From: Sodaliphilus sp.
GTDB lineage: Bacteria > Bacteroidota > Bacteroidia > Bacteroidales > Muribaculaceae
DNA: 47,162 nucleotides
Reading direction: 5' to 3'
Assembly: GCA_045112115.1 (NCBI GenBank)
Contig: JBGUHM010000047.1
Span: forward strand, 1-47,162
In this document: piece by piece, positions 1 through 8,286 of the stretch
How positions within the stretch are numbered: the stretch's first letter is position 1
How the letters are laid out: each line of letters begins with the position of its first letter
Notes under the pieces: model-generated
Databases searched by the model: none
Told to the model about the DNA's origin: nothing
The model's input: only the letters and a program-made list of their open reading frames with translations
Made by a program: the position numbers and the translations under genes

Positions 1-348
1 AGCGTCGGGCAGTCGCATCAGCGTTGCATACCAGTCATCGGGTACTGGAATGCCAAGTTCGGCCGCGAGCGATTCCAACTGTTGCTTGTATTCCTTGAGC
101 AACGGTGTGTTGATGAACACCGGAGCGCTGCCTTCGGCAATTTCGCTGAAGACGTTCACTTCTACCTTACCCCGGCGCAGCAGCTGTGTCAGTTCGTTGC
201 GGATATCCAGTTCAAGGGCATGGTATAGTTGTGGAAGCCTTACCGAAAGATCCATCTGCTTACTGTTGAGCGACCTCACTTCGGCAGTGATTTTTTTGTT
301 GTTGATAATTACGGCGACTTTGCCGTATCCGGTCATTGAATATATCAT
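1..348 (-). CDS. YicC family stress-induced protein, N-terminal part (gene continues beyond window start)
   Basis: Reverse-strand translation from the ATG at 348 reads MIYSMTGYGKVAVIINNKKITAEVRSLNSKQMDLSVRLP..., the characteristic M-x-SMTGYG start of the YicC family. The ORF stays open to position 1. Confidence 0.75.
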   Translation of the reverse strand, partial: MIYSMTGYGKVAVIINNKKITAEVRSLNSKQMDLSVRLPQLYHALELDIRNELTQLLRRGKVEVNVFSEIAEGSAPVFINTPLLKEYKQQLESLAAELGIPVPDDWYATLMRLPDA

Positions 349-458
349 ATCAAAAGGTTGTTTTAGCGTTTAATTCCGCAAAATTACCAAAAAATGGCGA
401 CAAACCACCATGTTTTGAAGTTTTTTTGCTAATTTTGTGTCGTTTTAAGCTAAAAACC

Positions 459-1172
459 ATGGCAAAGATATTGAATATAGAGACTTCGACGAGTGTTTGC
501 TCGGTGGCGTTGACAATTGATGGTCAGGTGACTGAGCATTTCGAGAACTACGACGGTCAGACCCACGCCACGTTGTTGAGCGAGTATGTGAAGCGTGTGC
601 TTGACTACGCTCATTCGCGAGAGATTGTCCTTGACGCGGTGTCGGTAAGCATAGGCCCGGGTTCGTATACGGGCCTTCGCATCGGTTTGAGCGAGGCCAA
701 AGGCCTGGCTTTCGGCCTTAATGTGCCGCTGATTGGTGTGAACACCTTGAAGCTGCTTACTGTGTCGACTATGTTCAACCATTTTTTTGACGACGACAAC
801 CTGCTGTATGTCCCGATGATTGACGCCCGTCGCATGGAGGTGTATACGGCGGTTTATAATGCTGCGCTCGAGGCTGTTGTGGAGCCGCAGCCTATGATAC
901 TTGACGAGCACTCGTTTGCCGATTTGCTTGAGGCGGGAAACAAGCTGGTGCTGATGGGCAACGGCAGCGACAAAGCCGCGAAACTGCTTGCAGGTCCAGG
1001 CGTCACTCATATTGCTGATGTACACCCCGTAGCCCTTGACATGCTTGCCTTGAGCGAGAAGGCGTTCCGCGAGAAGGACTTCATCGATGTGGCGTACAGC
1101 ACACCGCTGTACCTCAAGGAGTTTCAGGCGACCATTCCCCAGAAGCACAAGAAACTCCTCGGCACTTTATGA
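459..1172 (+). CDS. tsaB: tRNA threonylcarbamoyladenosine biosynthesis protein TsaB (YeaZ-like)
   Basis: An internal ATG at 459 in the 336..1172 ORF gives MAKILNIETSTSVCSVALTIDGQ..., a typical TsaB N-terminus; the length is about 237 aa. The upstream 41 codons of the ORF are AT-rich promoter sequence. Confidence 0.85.
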   Translation: MAKILNIETSTSVCSVALTIDGQVTEHFENYDGQTHATLLSEYVKRVLDYAHSREIVLDAVSVSIGPGSYTGLRIGLSEAKGLAFGLNVPLIGVNTLKLLTVSTMFNHFFDDDNLLYVPMIDARRMEVYTAVYNAALEAVVEPQPMILDEHSFADLLEAGNKLVLMGNGSDKAAKLLAGPGVTHIADVHPVALDMLALSEKAFREKDFIDVAYSTPLYLKEFQATIPQKHKKLLGTL

Positions 1173-1182
1173 CGAGTTTAGT

Positions 1183-2517
1183 TTAGTTAGGTCCCTTGTA
1201 TTTCTTGATGTGCTTGAATCGGCACCACGATGTGTCGCGTCGCATAGCTTCGACGTTCGGCACGTAGAGCGTCACCTGGTCGTAATGGTACGGTTCGAAA
1301 ATGGAGTCGATAACAGTGACCCATCCGCCGCAACCTATTCCCGGCGGAATTTCCAGATGTGGCATTGTGATGCTCTTGAGTCGTTTGCATCCCTTGAATG
1401 AGTGCGCTTGAACGCCAAATTTGGCCATATCAACCGTAATATGCTCTAACTCATCGTGATCGCGGAAGCAGCCGAATCCCACTTCAGCAACAACCCACGT
1501 TCTGCCATCGAAGCGTTTTTCGCGCTCCAATATAACACTTTTTGTCTTCGTGCCCTGATACTGCGCACTTACACGGTTGGAGTTTGCATTATCCCAATTG
1601 GTGTAAACAAAGCCTTCATTCCCCCCATCGCGGAAAACGAAGCGTCCCGAGGGACTCTCCAGTTTCTGCCTGCCGGCATACCCCAATCCCAGCAGGATAG
1701 CGGCAGATACCAGCGACACCCCGATGGCGAGTGCCGATGCACGAATCCATCGCCGGTTTCGCTGTTGCTTTTCTATGTCTTCGGAAATCTGGTCGATTGT
1801 CTGGTATCGCTCGTTGATGGGCAGCAGGCATTTCTTTACCACCTTAGTGTAGGGCCCTCCCAGATGCATCATGCCCAGCACCACGCCCAAGCTGTAGATG
1901 TCGTTTCTCGAGTCGGCGACCGTGGCGTTCATCTGTTCCGGTGCAATGAATTGTTCGGTTCCTGCCGGGTTCTTGAACACGGCGTAACTGTCGTTGTCGG
2001 CGAGCCCGAAGTCGATGATTTTCACGTTAGAGCCGTTATGCGTTACCATGATGTTATCGGGCTTGATGTCCCGATGTACCACGCCCTGACGATGCATGTA
2101 ACCCACAGCGTCGATAAGTTCATGTGCCACGCGTCGTCGCAAGCTCGGGTTCGGGTCGCTTGCGAGCCATATGTCGAGCGTAACACCGTCGACCCACTCC
2201 ATCAATATGAATGAGTCCATACCTACTTCGGGGTCGTCGCAGTTCCTCTCCATGCCGTATACCTGCGCGATGTTGGGGTGCGACATGCGCATCATCATCT
2301 CGAGTTCCTTGCGCAGGCGTTGGGTATGTGCCACATCGGCTGAGTATTCCTCTTTGAGTCCTTTGAGCACTTGCCACCGTCCGTAGCGCATGGCTCTTAC
2401 CAGTCGGCAGTGTCCGTGCGACGGTATCTCGGTAACCTGCGTATAGTGAGCCTCTATTCCCTCGTAGTCGTCGGGAACGAAACCCGAAACCAGGCTGTTT
2501 TTAGTGTTGTCGCTCAT
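1183..2517 (-). CDS. eukaryotic-like Ser/Thr protein kinase, with one TM helix and an extracytoplasmic C-terminal domain containing BspA-type LRR-like repeats
   Basis: Kinase subdomain motifs HRDIKPDNIMV and DFGLA are present. A hydrophobic helix follows (WIRASALAIGVSLVSAAILLGLGYAG). The C-terminus carries FGCFRDHDELEHITV and FKGCKRLKSITMP, which resemble the LRR_5 repeat signature. Confidence 0.9.
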   Translation of the reverse strand: MSDNTKNSLVSGFVPDDYEGIEAHYTQVTEIPSHGHCRLVRAMRYGRWQVLKGLKEEYSADVAHTQRLRKELEMMMRMSHPNIAQVYGMERNCDDPEVGMDSFILMEWVDGVTLDIWLASDPNPSLRRRVAHELIDAVGYMHRQGVVHRDIKPDNIMVTHNGSNVKIIDFGLADNDSYAVFKNPAGTEQFIAPEQMNATVADSRNDIYSLGVVLGMMHLGGPYTKVVKKCLLPINERYQTIDQISEDIEKQQRNRRWIRASALAIGVSLVSAAILLGLGYAGRQKLESPSGRFVFRDGGNEGFVYTNWDNANSNRVSAQYQGTKTKSVILEREKRFDGRTWVVAEVGFGCFRDHDELEHITVDMAKFGVQAHSFKGCKRLKSITMPHLEIPPGIGCGGWVTVIDSIFEPYHYDQVTLYVPNVEAMRRDTSWCRFKHIKKYKGPN

Positions 2518-3107
2518 TCGTCACTGTCGTTTTGGATAATCTCAAAGCGCACGCCGTCCTGCTTGCCACAGACGTATGCTGTGGGCGCCTTGCCGTATCG
2601 CCGCAGGTTGCTCAGCCACAACGGTTCACCGCTGACAATTAGGCTGCAGTTGAACCAGTCGCCAGCTTTAACTCCGGTGTTTTGAGACGAGAGTACTTCG
2701 AATTCGTTGTCGCCTCGATACACCACGTCGCACACACGTTGCGGGGCCCATGTCAGTCTCACGCGGGTGCCTTCGTCGATGTCGGTGCTAACGGTGATTT
2801 TGTCGTTTAGTACCTGTGCGCTCACGATGTGAGAGTTGCTTTCGCGGTTAGACACATAGTCGGCCCAGTCGCGATATCCCGTCAGTCGACAGAGTGTTGA
2901 CAGAGTGCTGTTGGTGGGCGATGACAGATATTTCGAATACCCCCACAGACGTTTCAGCGTCGACTCGCTCACTCGCTCGTTGAGTTCGCTGTAAATTACC
3001 TCATGAAGGAAAGCGAAGTCTTTTGGCGAGATAAATCCGCGTTGCAGTTTGCTCTCTATATCAGCGAGCAGCAATTTGATGTATTTGTCGTCTTGAGCCA
3101 TATTCAA
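2514..3107 (-). CDS. hypothetical protein, translationally coupled to the Ser/Thr kinase (ATGA overlap)
   Basis: A 197-aa ORF whose stop overlaps the kinase start by 4 bp. I recognise no domain. It sits at the head of a divergent promoter region shared with the LRR gene. Confidence 0.6.
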   Translation of the reverse strand: MNMAQDDKYIKLLLADIESKLQRGFISPKDFAFLHEVIYSELNERVSESTLKRLWGYSKYLSSPTNSTLSTLCRLTGYRDWADYVSNRESNSHIVSAQVLNDKITVSTDIDEGTRVRLTWAPQRVCDVVYRGDNEFEVLSSQNTGVKAGDWFNCSLIVSGEPLWLSNLRRYGKAPTAYVCGKQDGVRFEIIQNDSDE

Positions 3108-3184
3108 TTATTTTCGTGCAAAGTTAGTCATTTCCTCCATCATCCGCAAATGATAGCGCAAAATACTTTCTTTATTTGCAATTT

Positions 3185-3274
3185 GACTCGGTTTGACCCG
3201 CTCTTTAACACTATTGAATAGGTTCAAACCGATTCAAACTTTATTTTTACTTTGAATTGGCATGATTTGAATCG
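3185..3274. repeat. dyad-symmetric element, copy 1: gactcggtttgaccc ... ataggttcaaaccgattcaaac ... gatttgaatcg
   Basis: Inverted half-sites GGTTCAAACCGA/TCGGTTTGA and GATTCAAA/TTTGAATC. The same element recurs at 4990..5063. Confidence 0.6.
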
Positions 3275-3293
3275 CTGTTTGATGAATTTTTTG

Positions 3294-3301
3294 TACTTTT
3301 G
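3294..3301 (+). promoter_or_regulatory. Bacteroides-type -7 promoter box TACTTTTG for the LRR gene
   Basis: Matches TAnnTTTG. It overlaps the TTG start used by the ORF track at 3299, so the true start is probably the ATG at 3329. Confidence 0.4.
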
Positions 3302-3328
3302 CAGCATAAATGCTCCACAATTATATAT

Positions 3329-4708
3329 ATGATGAATCAATTATTCAAATCGATACTGATTGCGGCTATAATCATGCTGTCTTCCCACAAGGCGTCGGCC
3401 TACGATTTCCGAGTTGACGGCGTGTGCTACAATATCATTGACGCTAACACCGTTGAGGTCACATCTTCCGGCACCAGTCCCAACTACAACGACGTGGAAC
3501 ACCTCGTCATACCAGCACAGGTCACTCACGACGGACGCACCTATCAGGTGGTCTCGATTGGATTTTACGGTCTCACTGGCGCTAGCGACTTGAAAGCCCT
3601 CACTATTTCTGAGGGGCTTATATCCATAGGGCAATGCGGGCTGAACGGTTTGTCGTCGATTACCGAACTCACTCTGCCGTCGTCGTTGCTGAGTGTTGGC
3701 GGATGGGCTTTCGAGAATCTCGACAACGTGCGTTATATCAACTGTCTTGCCAAAAAGGCCCCGATTATTGACGGATATTGGTTCCATAACAAGAACGCTA
3801 TTCCGCAATGTCCGTTCTACGTTCCTGATGGCTCGCTTGCATCATACCTGGCAAACGACTACTGGAGCGCGTTCAATCTACAGGGGAATGACAGCGAGAC
3901 CAACGACGATATTGACCTTGAAGCCGATGCCATCGTGGTGGGCAGCGGCAAGGACATGACCGAGGTCGAACCATTTTTCAACTGGTGGAAGAAGTCGTAC
4001 GTCGGCAACGAGGTTATATATCTAAAGGAAGAGTTGGAAGGCTTGAACCCTGGCGACACAATAGTATCTCTCACTTATAAATGCTCGAAGGGCTCGGCAA
4101 GCGGAGGCAACTTCAACTTCCGTCTGAAGAACACTACGCAATCATCTTTCCCCCAGAATGTCGTCGGGTCGAACTCGTCGACCGACACCTCGCTTCTTGC
4201 CATTAGCTGTGATGACCAGATTCACGCCAATGTCACGCCGAACTTATACATTGCCGGCGACCGCGTCACTGTCGTTCTCACAGAACCGTTCATCTACGAC
4301 GGAGAGAACATAATGATTGACGTGAGAAACACGGCGCCGGCAGCGTCGCAGGGATGGTGCTACTTTGAAGGTACAAAACACACTACGCGCAGGGATGTCG
4401 CATGGAGAAACGCCAACTCCGAGAACTGCGAGAAGGACGGCTTCCACGTGGACTACACCCCCTTCGGCATCGAGGACTACGGCGTGTATCCCTTCGACGG
4501 CGTGTGCATCATCCCGAACGTCACAATCTTGTTCAGGAAATACGTCGAGCAAAACAGTATCGTGATCGCAGTCGAGCAACCGCCAGCTGCCGCCCGCGAG
4601 GTCAGCGCAATCTACACAGTAGGCGGACAACGCGTCACCGACATCGCCGCACCCGGTGTCCACATTGTCCGCTACACCGACGGCACTACTGCCAAGATAA
4701 AGCGCTGA
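3329..4708 (+). CDS. secreted BspA-like leucine-rich-repeat protein with a putative T9SS C-terminal sorting domain
   Basis: A signal peptide (MMNQLFKSILIAAIIMLSSHKASA) is followed by LRR_5-like repeats (LVIPAQVTHDG..., LTLPSSLLSVGGWAFENL). The C-terminus AIYTVGGQRVTDIAAPGVHIVRYTDGTTAKIKR resembles the Por/T9SS CTD. The start was moved from TTG 3299 to ATG 3329. Confidence 0.8.
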   Translation: MMNQLFKSILIAAIIMLSSHKASAYDFRVDGVCYNIIDANTVEVTSSGTSPNYNDVEHLVIPAQVTHDGRTYQVVSIGFYGLTGASDLKALTISEGLISIGQCGLNGLSSITELTLPSSLLSVGGWAFENLDNVRYINCLAKKAPIIDGYWFHNKNAIPQCPFYVPDGSLASYLANDYWSAFNLQGNDSETNDDIDLEADAIVVGSGKDMTEVEPFFNWWKKSYVGNEVIYLKEELEGLNPGDTIVSLTYKCSKGSASGGNFNFRLKNTTQSSFPQNVVGSNSSTDTSLLAISCDDQIHANVTPNLYIAGDRVTVVLTEPFIYDGENIMIDVRNTAPAASQGWCYFEGTKHTTRRDVAWRNANSENCEKDGFHVDYTPFGIEDYGVYPFDGVCIIPNVTILFRKYVEQNSIVIAVEQPPAAAREVSAIYTVGGQRVTDIAAPGVHIVRYTDGTTAKIKR

Positions 4709-4844
4709 AGCGTCAAACGGCTGAAAGCTACCACCCATTATTGACCCAGCCGTGAGAGCACCAGCGACGATGGCCGGGGGCGCTGTCGTACCCACCAATC
4801 AAGGAGGCACCGAGGACGTGTCAAAATTCCAATTATCCATTTTT

Positions 4845-4890
4845 GACAGTCCTTATGTTTGTAGACTCAAACGCAAACATAGGAACTGTC
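4845..4890 (+). terminator. long stem-loop (17 bp stem: gacagtccttatgtttg / caaacataggaactgtc) downstream of the LRR gene
   Basis: A near-perfect inverted repeat with a 12-nt loop. There is no strong T-tract, so this may be a terminator or an RNA-stability/regulatory hairpin. Confidence 0.4.
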
Positions 4891-4989
4891 AACAATAGTC
4901 GTCTATCTGTCTCATTCTTTATTTTGACACACTCTCATCATCACTATTTGTAATTTCTCGCAAATTATCCACAATCCGCCTCATTTTCC

Positions 4990-5063
4990 ATAGGTTCAAA
5001 CCGAGCCAAAACGATTCAAATCGAATCAAATTACATGGTTTTAAATTTGAATCGGTTTGAACC
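4990..5063. repeat. dyad-symmetric element, copy 2: ataggttcaaaccga gccaaaac gattcaaatcgaatcaaa ... aatttgaatcggtttgaacc
   Basis: A 12-bp perfect inverted repeat GGTTCAAACCGA/TCGGTTTGAACC with nested GATTCAAAT/ATTTGAATC. It shares the 15-bp ATAGGTTCAAACCGA with copy 1. Confidence 0.6.
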
Positions 5064-5257
5064 ATTCACCTTAATTGCTGAATTTGTATATTTGTGCACC
5101 GGATTGGAAACATTCCGCAACATTTTGAAATAAAAAAGCGACATGTTGATACTTGTGATCTGAGACTGACAGACTACGACCTCAACAGAGCAGTCCTCGC
5201 TTTATGTGTTATATATTAACCGTCACCTCATGGACTGCTGGACGGTATTTAATAAAT

Positions 5258-5800
5258 ATGGAAAACCAAAGTACAAAGTACGGTAATGTACAGAAGTGTC
5301 CGCAATGTGGCGCTCCAGTGGAACCAATGGCTGTGAAGTGCAGCACATGTGGCTATGAATTTCGAAATGTTGAAGCACTTAAGTCTGCTCAACAATTGGC
5401 TGCAAAACTTGAAGAAATTGAAAACGCATATCGAGATAAGGGTATGGGTTTCATGGGAAGTGCTGATCTAAGAAAATTACAAGAAACTGCCACAGCAATT
5501 AAAGTCTTTGCGATACCAACAGCCAAAGAAGACCTGTTGGATTTTGCTATATCAATGCAAAGTAGATGGAATACAGAAGAAGTTGATTATTTGCGAAAAG
5601 CTTTTAAAGCTAAATATGACGAATGCATCAACAAAGCAAAGATTCTATTCCCGAACGATCCCATGTTCCAGGGCTTATTTGACCAACATAACAAAGACAA
5701 TAAAAAGATATCGCCCAAGACCAAGATGTTGATAATTATTGGACTGGTGATGTTATTAATGCTTGCGATGATAATCGGTCTTGGATTTGCATTTAAATAA
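5258..5800 (+). CDS. zinc-ribbon protein with a C-terminal transmembrane anchor
   Basis: Begins MENQSTKYGNVQKCPQCGAPVEPMAVKCSTCGYEF (a C-x2-C ... C-x2-C zinc ribbon). A helical region follows, then the C-terminal TM MLIIIGLVMLLMLAMIIGLGFAF. I took the internal ATG of the 5204 ORF as the start. Confidence 0.6.
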   Translation: MENQSTKYGNVQKCPQCGAPVEPMAVKCSTCGYEFRNVEALKSAQQLAAKLEEIENAYRDKGMGFMGSADLRKLQETATAIKVFAIPTAKEDLLDFAISMQSRWNTEEVDYLRKAFKAKYDECINKAKILFPNDPMFQGLFDQHNKDNKKISPKTKMLIIIGLVMLLMLAMIIGLGFAFK

Positions 5801-5840
5801 TGAATTGTAGTCTCCTTTAAATTGAATCCAATATTAAATT

Positions 5841-7217
5841 ATGGCATTATTTGGAAGAGGTAAAAGTGGCGGAATGATGAATGTCATCCGTTGCGACGAG
5901 GAACAATACCTTGTGTGGAAATGGCGCCCACTTGGGCAAGACGTTAACTCAACGTCGCGCGAGAACAGCATACGTTACGGCAGCAGTCTGCGAGTGAAGG
6001 ACGGCGAGGTTGCTGTGTTTGTGTATAAACAGAAAGACGGCACGATGCAGGACTTTATTGAGGGCCCATACGATGACACTATAAAGACGGCCAACTTCCC
6101 AGTACTTTCAAGCATTGTGGGACTTGCTTTCGGTGGAGAGTCGCCGTTCCAGGCCGAGGTCTATTTCATAAACCTACAAGGGAACAATCAAATCAAGTTT
6201 GGAATTCCTTATTTTGATGTGACCGACCCTAACAATGATTACCTGCCGGTACCTGTAGCTGTTCGCGGGACAATGACTTTCGCTCTTGAGGATTATCGCA
6301 ACTTCATAAAGCTAAACCGCTTGATAAATTTTGACTTAGAGGCGTTTAAGACACAAATTAGAGACACTATGATTCGCAAGATCAAAGGCATAATTACCAA
6401 TGTGCCTCATGATTTGAATTTGCCTCTGGTAAGGATTGAAAGCAAGGTTGACGAGATATCCGACTTGGTTGAACAACGCCTTAACGGTCGCATGGACGAG
6501 TTCGGTGTTACAATGAAACACATCGACTTATCAGCAATCGAATTGGATAAAGAGAACTCCAATTACGCGGAACTCAAGGCACAAACAGCCAACATAATCT
6601 CCAACACACGCATTATGCAGAGTGAAATTAATTTGCGTAATATGGACGACATGCAACGTCTAAACACGCAAAACATGGAAGAAACTTTGCGAATTCAGCG
6701 TGAGGAAGCTCAGAGAGCGCAGAAACTTCAGACTGAAACAAACTTCCTGGGCGCACATGCGCTTAATCAGCAGACCGATGTGCTCAAGACCGGTGCACAA
6801 AGTCTTGGACAAATGGGCCAGATGAATCTCGGAGGCGGTTCCGGTATGAACCCAGGAGGAGCGATGGCTGGAATGATGATGGGAGGAGCGTTAGGACAGC
6901 AAATGGCTGGTATGATGCAGAATGTTGGCCAGCAAGTGCAGATGGGAATGCAACAGCCTCCTCAGATGCCGCAGTCACAGTACTTTGTTAACATCAACAA
7001 TCAGCAGACGGGGCCGTTCTCCGTACAACAGCTTGCCCAGATGGCCCAAAGCGGTCAGGTGACGGCACAGAGCTACGTATGGAAGCAGGGAATGCCTCAA
7101 TGGGATATTGCAGGCAATGTGCAGGAACTGCAGTCATTGTTTACCCCGGCAATGCCTCCAATGCCTCCAATGCCTCCAATGCCAGGCGGCGGTAACACAC
7201 CTCCGCCAATGCCTTGA
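5841..7217 (+). CDS. Band-7/SPFH-like protein (PF13421-like family, often annotated virion core protein T7 gp14-like) with a C-terminal DUF4339/GYF-like domain
   Basis: The N-terminal ~250 aa are paralogous to the protein at 44028..45344. Next come a Q/N-rich coiled region and a G/M/Q low-complexity linker. The motif YFVNINNQQTGPFSVQQLAQMAQSGQVTAQSYVWKQGMPQWDIAGNVQELQSLF matches DUF4339. The protein ends in a PPMPPMPPMP tail. Confidence 0.8.
   Translation: MALFGRGKSGGMMNVIRCDEEQYLVWKWRPLGQDVNSTSRENSIRYGSSLRVKDGEVAVFVYKQKDGTMQDFIEGPYDDTIKTANFPVLSSIVGLAFGGESPFQAEVYFINLQGNNQIKFGIPYFDVTDPNNDYLPVPVAVRGTMTFALEDYRNFIKLNRLINFDLEAFKTQIRDTMIRKIKGIITNVPHDLNLPLVRIESKVDEISDLVEQRLNGRMDEFGVTMKHIDLSAIELDKENSNYAELKAQTANIISNTRIMQSEINLRNMDDMQRLNTQNMEETLRIQREEAQRAQKLQTETNFLGAHALNQQTDVLKTGAQSLGQMGQMNLGGGSGMNPGGAMAGMMMGGALGQQMAGMMQNVGQQVQMGMQQPPQMPQSQYFVNINNQQTGPFSVQQLAQMAQSGQVTAQSYVWKQGMPQWDIAGNVQELQSLFTPAMPPMPPMPPMPGGGNTPPPMP
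7151..7186 (+). repeat. 9-bp coding tandem repeat (aatgcctcc)x4 encoding PMPPMPPMP
   Basis: Direct repeats are visible in the sequence at the 3' end of the 5841..7217 CDS. Confidence 0.7.
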
Positions 7218-7235
7218 TGATTAAAGGAGAATATT

Positions 7236-7577
7236 ATGGATGACAACAGTTTTTTCTCGGTTGACAGACTTGTTGAGTTTGGACTTGGTATGGCCATGGC
7301 CCAACAGATGGTAGGCATGATGAACCAGACCATGCAAACCATGCAGATGCCAGGCAGGCTGCAGAGGGTACAAGTAGAACCAATGTTCTATGTTGTTTTG
7401 GATAATAATCCTGTTGGGCCATTAAGCGATAAAGATTTGGCTCAACTTGTGCTGAATCACAAAGTGACCAAAGACACCTTATCATGGATGCCAGGTATGA
7501 CAACCTGGAAACCCATTGAGCAAGTGCCAGCAATACTGAAAGTAATCGCATTGACACCATCACCAATCAATATATAG
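7236..7577 (+). CDS. small stand-alone DUF4339/GYF-like domain protein
   Basis: An M/Q-rich N-terminus is followed by MFYVVLDNNPVGPLSDKDLAQLVLNHKVTKDTLSWMPGMTTWKPIEQVPAIL, which is DUF4339-like. A good AAAGGAG Shine-Dalgarno sits 8 nt upstream. The gene begins 18 bp after the Band-7 gene. Confidence 0.7.
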   Translation: MDDNSFFSVDRLVEFGLGMAMAQQMVGMMNQTMQTMQMPGRLQRVQVEPMFYVVLDNNPVGPLSDKDLAQLVLNHKVTKDTLSWMPGMTTWKPIEQVPAILKVIALTPSPINI

Positions 7578-7581
7578 TAAG

Positions 7582-7935
7582 ATGAAAATAAGTATAATAC
7601 CAACAATTATAGCATTGGCTTTAGCCACACTTATCGGCGTTCTTATCTGGTCGTGGTGTTCATCTGCCGATAATGCCACTGCAATAGGAATCACAACGGC
7701 GGCATCACTTGCTCTCACCTTAATCCCGAGTATGGGACTGAAGCTGGAAAGTGGACGGGTGCAGACTAATGTTCGTGTGTTATCAGTCGTTTTTGCGCTG
7801 ATATTTCTGGTGGTTGCTATTATCATGTGTTTCATAACGAGTAAGACAATAATAACCTACTATGTCATAGAAGGTGTTATAGCATTGATATTTATTTCAA
7901 TCCTATATGGCTTAATTAAAATCAAAGATGTTTAA
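7582..7935 (+). CDS. small polytopic membrane protein (about 4 TM helices)
   Basis: Four hydrophobic stretches of about 20 aa each. The gene sits directly downstream in the same orientation, at the start of the low-GC region. Confidence 0.55.
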   Translation: MKISIIPTIIALALATLIGVLIWSWCSSADNATAIGITTAASLALTLIPSMGLKLESGRVQTNVRVLSVVFALIFLVVAIIMCFITSKTIITYYVIEGVIALIFISILYGLIKIKDV

Positions 7936-7957
7936 CGTTTAAATTGTTTTTTATAAA

Positions 7958-8251
7958 ATGGGAATTCAAAAAATCAGAGTATCTGCTCAAGAGGCTAAAA
8001 AGTATGCTAATGTGAGCCGTGGCAATGGAGAAGACTTCTTTGAAGCAACTGTTTATACAGATGAGAACGGCAACATTGATGCAGAGAGAACTTACACACT
8101 TTCTTATCGCAACGGTACAATGGATCAGTTGGATGCGCAGCGCGATAGGGATGAAAAAAGTTTAGAGAGAAAAGCCAGGGCCATTTTGAGCTCAGATTTT
8201 GCATGTGGAGAAATTTTTGATTATTTATGTTGCTGTGGCTGGTGTTGTTGA
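7958..8251 (+). CDS. small hypothetical protein with a cysteine-rich C-terminal tail (…DFACGEIFDYLCCCGWCC)
   Basis: A 97-aa ORF in low-GC DNA. It ends with 6 Cys in the last 8 residues. It has no signal peptide. Confidence 0.45.
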   Translation: MGIQKIRVSAQEAKKYANVSRGNGEDFFEATVYTDENGNIDAERTYTLSYRNGTMDQLDAQRDRDEKSLERKARAILSSDFACGEIFDYLCCCGWCC

Positions 8252-8286
8252 TGGAATTTTAAGGCATTTCATTTAATCTCTTTTGA

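Noticed and set aside
50-373. 107-aa + strand ORF at the window start
   Set aside because: It is antisense to the YicC N-terminal coding region, and YicC has a diagnostic MxSMTGYG start.
3299-3328. TTG start of the LRR gene as given in the ORF track
   Set aside because: The TTG is part of the TACTTTTG -7 promoter box. The ATG pair at 3329/3332 directly precedes the signal peptide, so the CDS was shortened.
4965-4973. Perfect DnaA-box 9-mers as a possible oriC: TTATCCACA here and TGTGGATAA at 13381..13389
   Set aside because: These are two isolated boxes 8 kb apart, with no box cluster, no AT-rich DUE and no adjacent dnaA/dnaN. About 0.4 perfect boxes are expected by chance in this window, so this is not convincing as an origin.
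3185-5063. Invertible (shufflon-like) LRR gene cassette flanked by inverted repeats
   Set aside because: The shared 15-mer is in direct, not inverted, orientation at the two sites. No recombinase or invertase gene is present in the window. I kept it only as a minor alternative in the dyad-element finding.
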